NCBI GenBank assembly: GCA_965645245.1
Contig: OZ287077.1
Location: 2,277,709-2,297,708, forward strand
Source of the DNA: Massalongia carnosa
Lineage: Eukaryota
DNA: 20,000 bases
Reading direction: 5' to 3'
The stretch's first letter is position 1, and each line of letters begins with the position of its first letter. The position numbers were made by a program, and so were the translations under genes. Below the pieces are notes generated by a model. It was not told where the DNA came from. It searched no databases and saw only the letters and a list, made by a program, of their open reading frames with translations. Shown here piece after piece: positions 1 through 10,400 of the stretch.

Positions 1-31
1 GATCGGGTTGGTATCTAACAGGGCCCATTGC

Positions 32-386
32 TGTCATCCATCGTGCTCAGGCGTTCTTCTGCCGCCCTCAGCGAACTATCAATCTCCTACAATCCGCATC
101 CAATCTCAACGTCTCCATTATCAAGGCTTATGACTGAGAGTGCTTCAGCACAGATAAAGGCGGGATAGGTCAAAGCAATCATGTTAAGGAAATTAGTACA
201 GGAACAGAGACGGGGCAAGTCGAGAATAGGAGAGTTGAAAGCCATGGCTATAAAGTCTGTGGTTTCCCAGGTGTTTAGAGCTCTTCATCGGACGTCTTGT
301 GTATTATTCTCTACTTCTAGTTTTAGCATATCTAGATATCCGTTCTGTAAGATAGAGTCTTGTATCTCTCCAGCCCTCCCCTGACA
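32..386 (+). mobile_element. Probable solo LTR of an LTR retrotransposon
   Basis: 355 bp bounded by the inverted termini TGTCA (32-36) and TGACA (382-386), with a TATA-like TATAAAG near 249 followed by a T-rich stretch typical of fungal LTRs. The flanks ATTGC and ATCAA do not form a TSD, and there is no second copy in the window. Confidence 0.5.
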
Positions 387-1144
387 ATCAATCGGTGTAC
401 TAGTCGTGAGTTCGATTCCTGACCTGAATTCCTCGCTTTTTCGCCTTGCTTCGACGGACTGAAGCTAGGACGAAACGGGATAGCATTGAATAAAAACTCT
501 CTAATTCGGATCGGCGAGGGCCGTACGCTTAGAAGAGCCCATTCTTCGGGGTTAACTATAAATGGAAGCGGCTAGGGGCTAGCCGCAGCTAGACGGGCGG
601 TAGTGTAACGGTTCGACCAAGCGTGGTGCGGACGGCAGGACCTACGGCGAACATAGTAGGAGTCCCAGTTACAGTAGAATAGAGCTTAGTCTGCGCACTA
701 AGTATTGTGCCTTTTGGTCGGGAAGGACAGGTGGCGCAATGGTAGAAATCTATTCACTATCTCGCTTCGTCACAATTCCTACTCTTTTTACTTCTTCTCA
801 AATTCTAAATCTTATTCTTATCTTTATTTGTGGGTTTACCCCAACTCGTGGCACCAGACGTATGACTGCGTCAGTGCTTGAGTTGGATGGTAAAGTTGTT
901 CTATTAGCTAGTAGGGAGCGTGGGCTGTATAGGCGTTTGTCCCTTTTCGGGGTCACGTGGCTGGCTAGGCGTCCCGTGCCTAACAGTGACGCGGGCCTTA
1001 ATAGCATCTAGTCGTGCCCACAGCCCGTTCTATCTACTAGTGCTACTAACATTATTCTTTCTTTTTATTATCTCTATTCTTTATTAAATTCAGATGGAGA
1101 ATAAAATTTCCCAAACGCCTTTTATCATTTGTACTACTGTAAAA

Positions 1145-2315
1145 ATGACACACGACGAAACTGAAAATAACCACGTGTAACGCAAGAATAATCATAGGAA
1201 AACCAGAGATTCTTTACAAACCAGTATCGAATCGTACTTGAATCGTGTAGGAAACGTTAGCGACCAGGACGCGTTACGTCTATTGCTTGAAGCAAGAAAC
1301 GCGTTCCAAACGCAACAACAAATAGAAGACGACGAACCCTCCAACGAACAGGGCGACGTCTCGAGCACCCTGCGGGAGATAAAACAATCGCTAGAACGCA
1401 TCGAGAAAGGAAAACCCATCGCGAAAAGCCCCCAAAGCTATGCAGGCGCCGCCGCGGAGGGGGCTCGTAAAGAGAGCGACCGACGCGCAATTTCGACCAC
1501 CGCCGGAAATCCCAACAGGCCAGACCTCACGCAACGGGCAGTCAACGAAGCGACGCAGGCCAGGGTGTTCACTGTAACCATCCCGGTCGAGGAAGAAAAC
1601 GATAAATTGAGACGACTATCGACCAAAGAATTGGTCGAAACGTTGCAGAGAAACGCTCCAGGAATACACGGAGTGTCGAGACTCGCAAGTGGCGACATAA
1701 TAATACACACCGAATCAGTTGAAGCCGGGAAGACTCTGAGCGAAAGTTCGGAGTTCTTAACCGGAATTGCCGCGTCAGCGATGGTCTAACGAAGAACCTA
1801 CATAGTGCAGGCAAGCGGCGTAAAGGTCGAACACGTTTAAACGAGCGATCAGTACAGAGCAATTCAATATCTGCACATAGTAAACACACGATTACATCCA
1901 AAGCTGAAGATCGTGAAGATTTCCTGGTCCACCAAAGCAATCAGAGAAAAAAAACTGTATTCCACATTACGCCTGGAAGTCGCAACCCCAACGATGGCAA
2001 ACCGCCTGATTACGGAAGGCCTACTGGTAGACTACGAAATCAAGCACTACGAAAAGATTTCAAAGGGAAACAAACTGATGCAGTGCTTCAACTGCTACAA
2101 ATATGGAAATAAAAGCAGATACTGCAAGCTTCCTACGAGATGCGGCCGCTGCGCCGGAGAATATCTGACGGACGAATGCAACGCAGAAATTACAGGCGGA
2201 GCCACAGCCTACGCGGGCTGCGACTCGCGGGGGCACATCGCGTGGTCCCCTTACTGCAAGGTGAGAATACTGGAGAAGAAAAAGATCGAAAAATCCAGAA
2301 AAAACAAAGCATATC
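1145..2315 (+). pseudogene. LINE A ORF1 (gag-like nucleic-acid-binding protein), 5' part
   Basis: A single frame from ATG 1145 with in-frame TAA stops at 1178, 1787 and 1838 joins ORFs 1238..1789 and 1913..2344. Motifs QCFNCYKYGNKSRYC, CGRCAGEYLTDEC and a degenerate third knuckle. Aligns by eye to LINE B ORF1 (MANRLI.. motif). Confidence 0.85.
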
Positions 2316-2535
2316 TGTCAGCCAGTTTAGTGGTCAAGCAGTAAGCGATATGTAGCTCGGATACGGTAATCTATTAACCGAATCCCAACATTCTAGTAAC
2401 TGAGAGAATGGGTGCAAAATCCTTTGAAGGCAAGCAATCATCACCTCAATTCCAAGTGTCAATTTCAAGTGTCTATCTAAAATGTAAATCATTCTCCAAT
2501 CACCAAGAGCTTAGATCAATAAATCAAGCTCAATA
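2316..2535 (+). repeat. Copia 5' LTR (220 bp)
   Basis: Starts TGTCAGCC and ends GCTCAATA. Direct repeat of 7264-7484 with 5 substitutions and 1 indel by manual comparison. Confidence 0.95.
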
Positions 2536-2546
2536 GTAATGAGCCC
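2536..2546 (+). promoter_or_regulatory. Putative primer-binding site
   Basis: GTAATGAGCCC lies directly after the 5' LTR and resembles the GGTTATG(A/G)GCCC-type PBS of copia elements primed by an internal fragment of initiator tRNA-Met. Confidence 0.6.
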
Positions 2547-2589
2547 GGAAGCACATCAATCGTTTTAGAAGAAAGTACCAACCTGCATT

Positions 2590-5142
2590 TTGCAACTTGC
2601 ATCTTACCTTGTAAGTTTACATCATCTTGCATCAAATAACCATCAAGTCATCAAATCAAAAATCAACATTAGTACCACGCGAAAGATAGTCCTAGGCAAG
2701 CCAGCGGATTGGGACACCTGGTTTTCCTTCGTCCGATCACGGGCCACAAACAGCGGAATTTGGGACCTAGTGAATCCAGAAATCATTACCAAGCCAATAA
2801 GTATCCAATCGCCAATGGAACCGGTGTTCATCTTATCAACAGACGCCGCAACTTTTGACCCAAGAGCCTACGAAGTATATAAGGCACAAACCCACATCTA
2901 CAAAATTCAGCTGGCCAAGTACGAAAAGCAGCAAAAGGTATTTGCCGACCTTATTACCTTCATTCAAGATACCATCACAGTCCAAAATGCCACCTACATT
3001 CAGAAAGAAGAGCCTCACCCATGGAACCAGCTTCGAGCACTGAAAACCCGCTTAGCACCGAGCTACTCAGCACGCTGTATAGAGATCGAGATCAAATATC
3101 ACAGGTTATGCAAGGGATCAGGCAAGCAGGATATAGAAACGTGGTTAGATGAATGGCAAACAGTCTACACCGATGGCAAGGCATATGGAGTTGGTGAAAT
3201 GATGGGAACACGGCCTATTCGTGATTTTATAATGGCCGTTCTTCCCACCGAACCTTCATTTGCCAACGCTCATCTGATTACTTTGGACAGCAAGGAAGAG
3301 AAAGATTTCCACCCGCTAATTGAGAGCTTTCGTAAATATGTTCGCCTGCATCAAACGCAAAAAAATATGAATAACAACACGCATTCAGCTTTTGCAACCG
3401 AGAAAAAGAAGGAAGGACAGGGAGCGACATTTAATGGGCAAAAAACGCCTCCCAAATGTCTTTGTGGGTCCGTTCATGGGTACAATGACTGCTACTATCT
3501 AGTACTAGAGAAGTGGCCCTCAAATTGGACTTCCAGACCCCAAATTCAAACACAGATTGATGAAGCAATGAAAGACCAGCAGTTGAAAGCTAAGGTGGAA
3601 AAATCCCTTCAGCGATCAAAGGAAATACAACAATTAAAAGCCACTAAAACCACCAACACAAACACCAACAATACTGAGAAGGAGTTAGGCGCTTTTACAT
3701 CTACTAAAACATCGTCATCATTCTCGGCAGATAGCTACACAATCAAGAGCTCATGGATATTGGATAACGGGTCTAATATCAATGTGTGCAACAACACCAT
3801 GAAATCGCGCTACACACAGGAAAGGAAATCAATGGGAGAGTATCTAACTGCGGGCACCCAACGCCTAGCAATAGAAAGCTATGGTACGGTCAAAATCACC
3901 GTATCAACTCCTACCGGACTTCAAAGCATCACACTTCTAAATGTAGCCTATGTATCCAACTTCATGACCAACCTAGTTTCTCAGGACTTGCTCTATGTGA
4001 AAGGCCTTTACTTTAATAATTGGAAGAATCACCTCCATCGGGAAGGGAAGACGGTTGCTTATGTAAAGCGTTATGACGGCCATTATTTGCTAGAGGACAA
4101 CACATCATCAGATCAAGCATCAGTTTTCCTAGTGCAACAGAAACCAAAGATAGCTACCAATAAAACCGCAACAGCATACGAATGGCAACAGATGCTAGCC
4201 CATGCCTCGGATGAATCTATTCAACATCTCGAGTCATCTACTAGGGGAGTCAAAATATCAGAAGAATCAGAAGGAAAAGTCCCCAAAACCAACGAGTGCG
4301 AACCTTGCGCTTTATCCAAAGCACATCGCATTGTTTCTCGTTCATCAGAAAATGCAGAAACATCAAATGAGCCCTTTTATCGCATCACTTATGATTTAAT
4401 GCAGCTCAACACCGCGATGAATAAAGATGAATGGGTTTCACACTTTGCATGCCATGCGACCGATTTCAATATGGTATTTACCCACCCACACAAAGGGGAT
4501 GCATCGAAAATATGCAAGGAGGCAATCAATCTTATTGAGACTCGCTTCAAGGCTAAGGTAGTGTTTATTCGGTCAGATAGAGAACGGTCATTGGGCAATA
4601 ATTTCAACGACTTGCTTGTTGAAAAGGGCATCACCCATGAATCATCAACACCCTACACACCGGAGCAAAACGGCCACTCTGAGAGAAAAGGGGGAATTTT
4701 AGCCATGAAAGCAAGGGCACTGAGAATTGACGCGGGACTACCAATTTTCCTATGGCCGGAGATCGTGCGCACCGCAGGATATATTGCTAATCGCATACCA
4801 ATGAAGAAGCACCAATGGAAAACACCTTATGAGCTAGTCATAGGAAACCCGCCCGATCTCAGCCATCTCCACCACTATAGATGCAAAGCGTACACACTAA
4901 ATAAGCAGATACAAAAGAAGCAAAAACTTCAAGAACGAGCACATATCGGTCATCTAGTAGGGTATGAAGCCAGAAATATCTTTCGAGTATGGATACCAAG
5001 TCAAAGAAAAGTAATTCGTACGAGGGATGTGATTTTTAATGAGAACACCTACTATGATGCACACGATATTGACCTACTACAAGCTGTCAACGAACCTATG
5101 AGCTTCATGATCTGGATCCCATCACCCTTATCACCGAAATAG
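2590..5142 (+). pseudogene. Copia polyprotein, gag-protease-integrase part
   Basis: Gag Cys/His motif CLCGSVHGYNDC, protease WILDNGS, integrase zinc region WQQMLAH..CEPC, and DDE core (YDL, RSD, EQNGHSERK). Frameshift near 5097, where the alternative frame reads YELHDLDP..DDEEEE into ORF 5178. The true start codon is unclear. Confidence 0.9.
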
Positions 5143-5177
5143 GATCGGATGATGAAGAGGAGGAAAGTGGAATCGGC

Positions 5178-7304
5178 ATGAGGGAAAACATTCAAGGCAT
5201 GGAAGAAAATATGGAGGAAATAATTCTGGACAAAAATTCTGGATACGGAAATGCTGCCGAAATTTCATCAGACGACACTTACCTATTAACACCGAGCCCC
5301 TCCATTACCAGCTCATCAAGCCCAAACCCATCAATTCATGGTTCAAATCCATCAGAATCAATCACCGCAAAGAGTAATAAGTCTAGAAAAGCATCAAGGG
5401 ATATCAATTCAAGTCTCGATACGGATAATATCTTACCTGAGGGGATGGGAAGAAGTCGCAATCGCAATAGACGCTATGAAGCCTATTCAACCGCCTTAGC
5501 GCAAGCCAAGAATGGCGAGTTGAATTCATATCACGCTGCATTCTCGGCCAATATCATGGCAGGTTCCTACTACATTTCCAATCAAGAGCCTAGAAAGGAC
5601 TATACCCCGACTCAAAGCACTCGCTTTCATAGAGATAGCTTACTTATTGAACCTGAGAACTATCGTCAAATGCTAAAGCATCCGCATGCAGAGGGCTTCA
5701 AATTAGCCATGCAGATGGAAATTCAGGCGCTTGTTGCAAAGAACACCTGGACCGAGGTCAACATCAATGCAGCAACAATAGCTGGGAAAACACCTATTCC
5801 AACCATGTGGGTGTTCAAGTACAAACTCGATGAAAAGGGGTATTTAGTCAAATACAAATCAAGACTATGTGCTAGGGGTGATCTTCAACGTACCGAGCAA
5901 GATACCTTTGCAGCTACATTGGCCGCACGGATTTTTAGAGCGCTAATAGCTATACTAGCCGCATTTGACCTTGAAACACGCCAATACGACGCAGTCAATG
6001 CATTTGCAAATAGTCCTATTGATGAACCTACCTATTGTAAATTGCCCGAAGGGTGGCCTGGATCAGAAAAAGTCAATATTCTACTACTCCTATTGCGAGC
6101 ACTATACGGTCTCAAGCAATCACCGGCCCTATGGTATCAAAATCTATCAAAAGCCCCAATCGAGATGAATCTTGAACCCGTCCCGGGGGTGGATTGCCTT
6201 TTCATTAGTCAAGATACCCATATCTTGCTATTCTTCTTCGTGGATGATATCGTCATATTATATGATCACCGCTACACCAATCAAGTGGATCAGTTTCAAG
6301 CTCTACTATTTCAGAAGTACGAAATGCGATACTTAGGTCAATTGGAATGGTTTCTAGGAATTCACATCATCAGGGATAGGAATATTCGTCAGCTATGGCT
6401 TTGCCAAGATTCATTCATTGACAAGCTAATAGCCAAGTTCAAAATCAACTTGGACCTCACCAAGCGTTCAACACAATCACCACTACCACTAGAAGAATTA
6501 ACCAAAAATAATTCTATGGCAACAGCTCAAGAAATTCACTCCTATCAACAGCGGGTAGGATCATTGAATTTTGCCGCAGTCATCACTAGGCCCGATGTGG
6601 CCCAAGCAGCTTCGAAATTATCGGAATTTCTTACCAACCTATCCAAACACCATATGGAATGCGTCAACCGTACCCTCAAATATCTAGCCCATACTAAGCA
6701 TCTAGCAATTGTGTTCAACACACAGGCTACTTATTCACGAGAGATATTCTTGGCCAGTAGCGATGCATCCTCCGCAGATGATTCAAGCACTAGATATAGC
6801 TCTCAAGGCTATGCATTCAAACTATTCAATGGAATGATCGATTGGAAGGCCTCTAAGCAGCGCACAGTCACAACTAGCTCAACCGAGGCCGAATTGCTAG
6901 CCATATTAGCCGCAGGGAAAGAATTGATATGGTGGACTCTCTTTTTTCAATCAATAAATTTCCACCTCGATCATCAAACTAGTATTCAATACGATAACCG
7001 TTAAACCATTCGAGCCCTAACCACTAACCGCCTTATTTCCAAGCTTAGGCATGTGGATATTCACAAGCATTGGCTCCGCCAGGAAATATCTAGGGGGAAA
7101 ATCGGTATAGAATGGGTTTCAACAAATAACATTCTAGCTGATGGACTAACAAAGTCATTACCCCCCCAATGTCAAAAGCAATTCATCAGGCTATTAGACC
7201 TAGGGTATGAGAAAGGAAATGATGAAGATTCCACTGAAGGAGAAAATCTTCATCAAGGGGATGTGTCAGCCAGTTTAGTGGGTCTAGCAGTAAGCGATAT
7301 GTAG
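5178..7304 (+). pseudogene. Copia polyprotein, reverse transcriptase-RNase H part
   Basis: Motifs WVFKYK, KSRLCARGD, QYDAVNAF, ALYGLKQSP, FFVDDI and RNase H SSTEAE. In-frame TAA at 7002-7004 (DNR*TIR) is followed by HVDIHKHWLRQ..ADGLTK. Confidence 0.92.
7255..7263 (+). promoter_or_regulatory. Polypurine tract
   Basis: Short purine-rich AAGGGGATG directly before the 3' LTR. Confidence 0.6.
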
Positions 7305-7484
7305 CTCGGATACGGTAATCTATTAACCGAATCCCAAAATTCTAGTAACTGAGAGAATGGGTGCAAAATCCTTTGAAGGTAAGCAATCATCACCTCAATT
7401 CCAAGTGTCAATTTCAAGTGTCTATCTAAAACGTAAATCATTCTCCAATCACTAAGAGCTTAGATCAATAAATCAAGCTCAATA
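7264..7484 (+). repeat. Copia 3' LTR (221 bp)
   Basis: Direct repeat of 2316-2535, followed by the TSD ATATC. Confidence 0.95.
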
Positions 7485-7489
7485 ATATC

Positions 7490-7977
7490 TGTAAACCGTG
7501 AGCGAGTCAACGCCGGTCCCCACTTTCGTCTTCACTCAAAACCCAACGATCCCACCTACCGCCCCGACGACACCACACACCGTCAGCAATCCCACCCCGC
7601 CACCTATCACCCCAATCAAAGTAATCACGAACAAGAAGAGAAAGGTAGCTACCGCTGCCTCACCCACCACGCCCAACCCCCGGTCCTCCGCCCCTCCGGG
7701 CCCTGTCCAAGGAGGAGCGTGGAAAGACATCGAGATCATGAAACCTAGCAATATGCAAAGAGCGATGGCCAAGCCAACACTGGGCAGACCCTCAAACGTA
7801 GCAACCGCGCAGCAGGCTCCCGCCGCATCAGCAGCGCCGGAGAAAGAAGCCACCCATCCCCCCCCCCGCGCCCCCTCTACGATTCCCCCCTCCCCTTCCT
7901 CTCCCCCCGAAGTCCCCATCAATGTGGAACCGAAAACGATTCCCCCGCAAACGGAAAACATGGAAACTGATCTATGA
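7490..7977 (+). pseudogene. LINE A ORF1, 3' part (Pro/Thr-rich tail)
   Basis: Removing the copia element and one TSD rejoins the frame as ..KNKAYL*TVSESTP.., in frame with ORF 7498..7977. Confidence 0.8.
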
Positions 7978-10009
7978 CGGACACACACTCTATCAACATA
8001 TTACAGTACAACGTCAGAAATGACCGCGTAACAACCATGCTACCGTTATTAGCAGATCAGAGAGTACAAAATTACGATATAATAGCGATTCAAGAGCCGT
8101 GGCGCAACCCCAACGGCCCGACCACGCTTAGTTCCTTTCAAAGTGGATTCCATCTTCTGTATCGCCCAGGTGGCGACACGAGATTATGCTTCTATATTAA
8201 CGAAAAAATCGATCCGGAAAGCTGGGAGATTGAGTTTCCCTCGTCGGACATATGCACGCTGAAAATAAAAATCAAAGATCAAGAAAACGAGAAAAAAATG
8301 CGTATACACAACGTGTATAATCCTTCTCCAATCTCCCATTCATCCATTGATAGCCCTTCGTCCATACCGATATTGAGTCGCCAACTCGCCGCCGAGGCGG
8401 AACACGTTGTGATCGGCGATTTCAATCTACCCACCCGCTGTGGAACGGCCCTACGAGGCCCACTCAACTCACCGCAGCCGACCATCTGCTAGATATAGTA
8501 GAGAATTACGACCTATCGTTAACACTGCCCAAAGGCTCAGTGACGTGGGAAGCTCGGGGGTCGTTCAGTACCATAGATCTAGTATTCATGTCGGAATACT
8601 TAGCAGAAAAAATAGAGCATTGCAAGACGAGACCCGACTTGAATCAATCGTCAGATCACATCCCGATATCTACCCGCATCCTACTAGGCTATGAGATACC
8701 TACGCCCATCAAACGCCGAGCCTGGAAGCTTCTGAACATGGAAAAGCTAAGAGAGGCTGAGCAAACCGCCCCCCATACGAGTCACCCACGCTCGCGCGAG
8801 GAGATTGACGAATACACTCATACCATACAGAAGTTTCTTCAGCGGGTTATCGCCGCTTCCGTCCCGTGGGCGAAACAAAGCGCACACGCCAAACCCTTTT
8901 GGAATCCCGAATGCAACGACGCCACAAAGCAATCCCGCAGACTGCGCAGAATATGGAGCGCCACAAATCTCAGGGAAGATTGGATAGCGTACATGAAGGC
9001 GAACGACAAAAAACAAAAGATACAGGATCTCCGCGTCCACCTGGGGAGCCTCGTTCTCGAAGGCCAGACAGGTTTATATTGCGGTCGTTCGTCCGGCAAT
9101 GACCTACGCATCCGCCGTATGGCATACACCGAAAGAAATAGGGAAAAGCAAAGCCGCGACGAGCAAGCTGGCGGTCATGCAAAACAAGTGCTTGCGAACA
9201 ATAACGCGTGCATTTCGGGCCACCCCGATTCCAGTATTGGAAACCGAAACGCACGTGACGTCTATAGAATCGCATTTGGAAGAATTACAAGTCAAAGCGA
9301 GATATCGCCAACGAACCGCCGGGCAAACGAGACTCATCTCGTCTTTCTGCAAGGGGATAGAACGCAAGTTGCGCGGAAAAGCGGGCAAGAAAAGATCGCC
9401 GAAACCGACCCCAGGAATGCTCAAGCACGAATGGGCCAAAAACACATTGATCAGCGCCATACCCACCGCAGCCCCAACTCCGCACCCACCCTGGATCACG
9501 CCTACGGAGGAACACATGCTCACAGCCAATGCAGTAAGGATGAGTCGCAGCGCTCACACGAAAGCCACAAAAGCGCATTACAAAACGAAATGGCAGACAA
9601 CCTGGAAAGCATATCAAGATCGCGTACCCTTTCCCACCGAAGCACAGCGCGCTTCCTTAACCAAAGGAAGAATCAAAATACACGACAATCTGGCAAAGCG
9701 GAAAGCGCGTTAGCTACCCAAATTTGCACGGAAAAAATAGGTCTGGCAAGTTTTCTATTTAAACGACGAGTTCCCAACGTGACGACGGCGGCCTGCAGCT
9801 TTGGTTGGCCCCAGCAAACGGCGAAACATGTAATCATGCACTGCCCATTAATGACGAGAAGACAAGAGCTGTTTCGGCGTATAAATACCAACGAGTATCG
9901 TACGATACTCGAAACATCCAAAATATTGAAACAGGTAACGAGATGGATTATCGAAGCTGGCGTTTTGGCGCAATTTTCTTTATCGGCAAGCTTGCTATAC
10001 AAGCAATAA
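7974..10009 (+). pseudogene. LINE A ORF2: APE endonuclease plus C-terminal region, RT domain missing
   Basis: APE motifs ILQYNV, DIIAIQEPW, HNVYNP, GDFN, STIDL and SDHIPI. Frameshift near 8430, and a jump at about 9022 from KANDKKQKI directly to the post-RT segment ISASTWGA..VRPAMTY. C-terminal C..TAKHVIMHC motif. Confidence 0.9.
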
Positions 10010-10143
10010 TTTTCTTTTCATTCAAGGGACTCATCTAAAAAGTACACGAGCAGCACAGCTGGAGGTCGTTGGGACCTCGTACGCGCAGCGTTGGCATTGG
10101 GTTTTTATTCCTCTTAATGGTTTTCCTGTAGCATAGTAATCCA

Positions 10144-10270
10144 TCCCGCATGGGCCGGCCTTCGGCCGGTGACATATCGGCGTAAGAATATATCTATCTA
10201 TCTTTGATTTAATTTGATTTGATTATTCTCTCGCCGTTATGTCACCGGCCGAAGGCCGGCCCATGCGGGA
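10144..10270. repeat. Inverted repeat formed by the conserved 3' ends of two tail-to-tail LINEs
   Basis: 10144-10190 versus the reverse complement of 10224-10270 is 44/47 identical, including a perfect 33-nt block. The 33-nt spacer consists of the two tails. Confidence 0.95.
10193..10206 (+). repeat. Left copy of the 14-bp TSD of LINE B
   Basis: TCTATCTATCTTTG, identical to 15448-15461. Confidence 0.9.
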
Positions 10271-10400
10271 GATGCTATATAAGCTATGTAATAAGTAGAA
10301 AACCCAAAGGTGAAAAACTACTCCTGCGTATCTGCTTCATCGGGGTTCGCCGCTCCCGCGGATTGATTCCTGTATCTCGAAAATCTGCGATACCTGTTTT

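Larger units (their letters stand above)
2316..7484 (+). mobile_element. Full-length Ty1/copia LTR retrotransposon (5169 bp), lightly decayed
   Basis: Two near-identical LTRs, 5-bp TSD ATATC (2311-2315 and 7485-7489), and domain order gag-PR-IN-RT-RH. Confidence 0.97.
1145..10203 (+). mobile_element. LINE A: degenerate Tad1-like non-LTR retrotransposon, interrupted by a copia element, RT core deleted
   Basis: Gag-like ORF1 with CCHC knuckles, ORF2 with an APE endonuclease and C-terminal zinc-binding motif, a 3' UTR and a (TATC)n tail at 10191-10203. Collinear and homologous with LINE B. The 5' boundary is uncertain and is given as the ORF1 ATG. Confidence 0.9.

Noticed and set aside
1078..1089. 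Possible degraded TSD of LINE A (TCTTTATTAAAT vs TCTTTGTTAGAT at 15456-15467)
   Set aside because: Two mismatches in 12 bp within AT-rich sequence is too weak to call.
8540..10009. Novel 489-aa protein
   Set aside because: Its middle is an off-frame reading caused by the RT deletion and a later frameshift. The true LINE sequence there is in ORF 9099..9713.
10144..10190. HDV-like ribozyme in the LINE 3' motif
   Set aside because: I could not build the nested double pseudoknot, and such ribozymes are typically at retrotransposon 5' ends.
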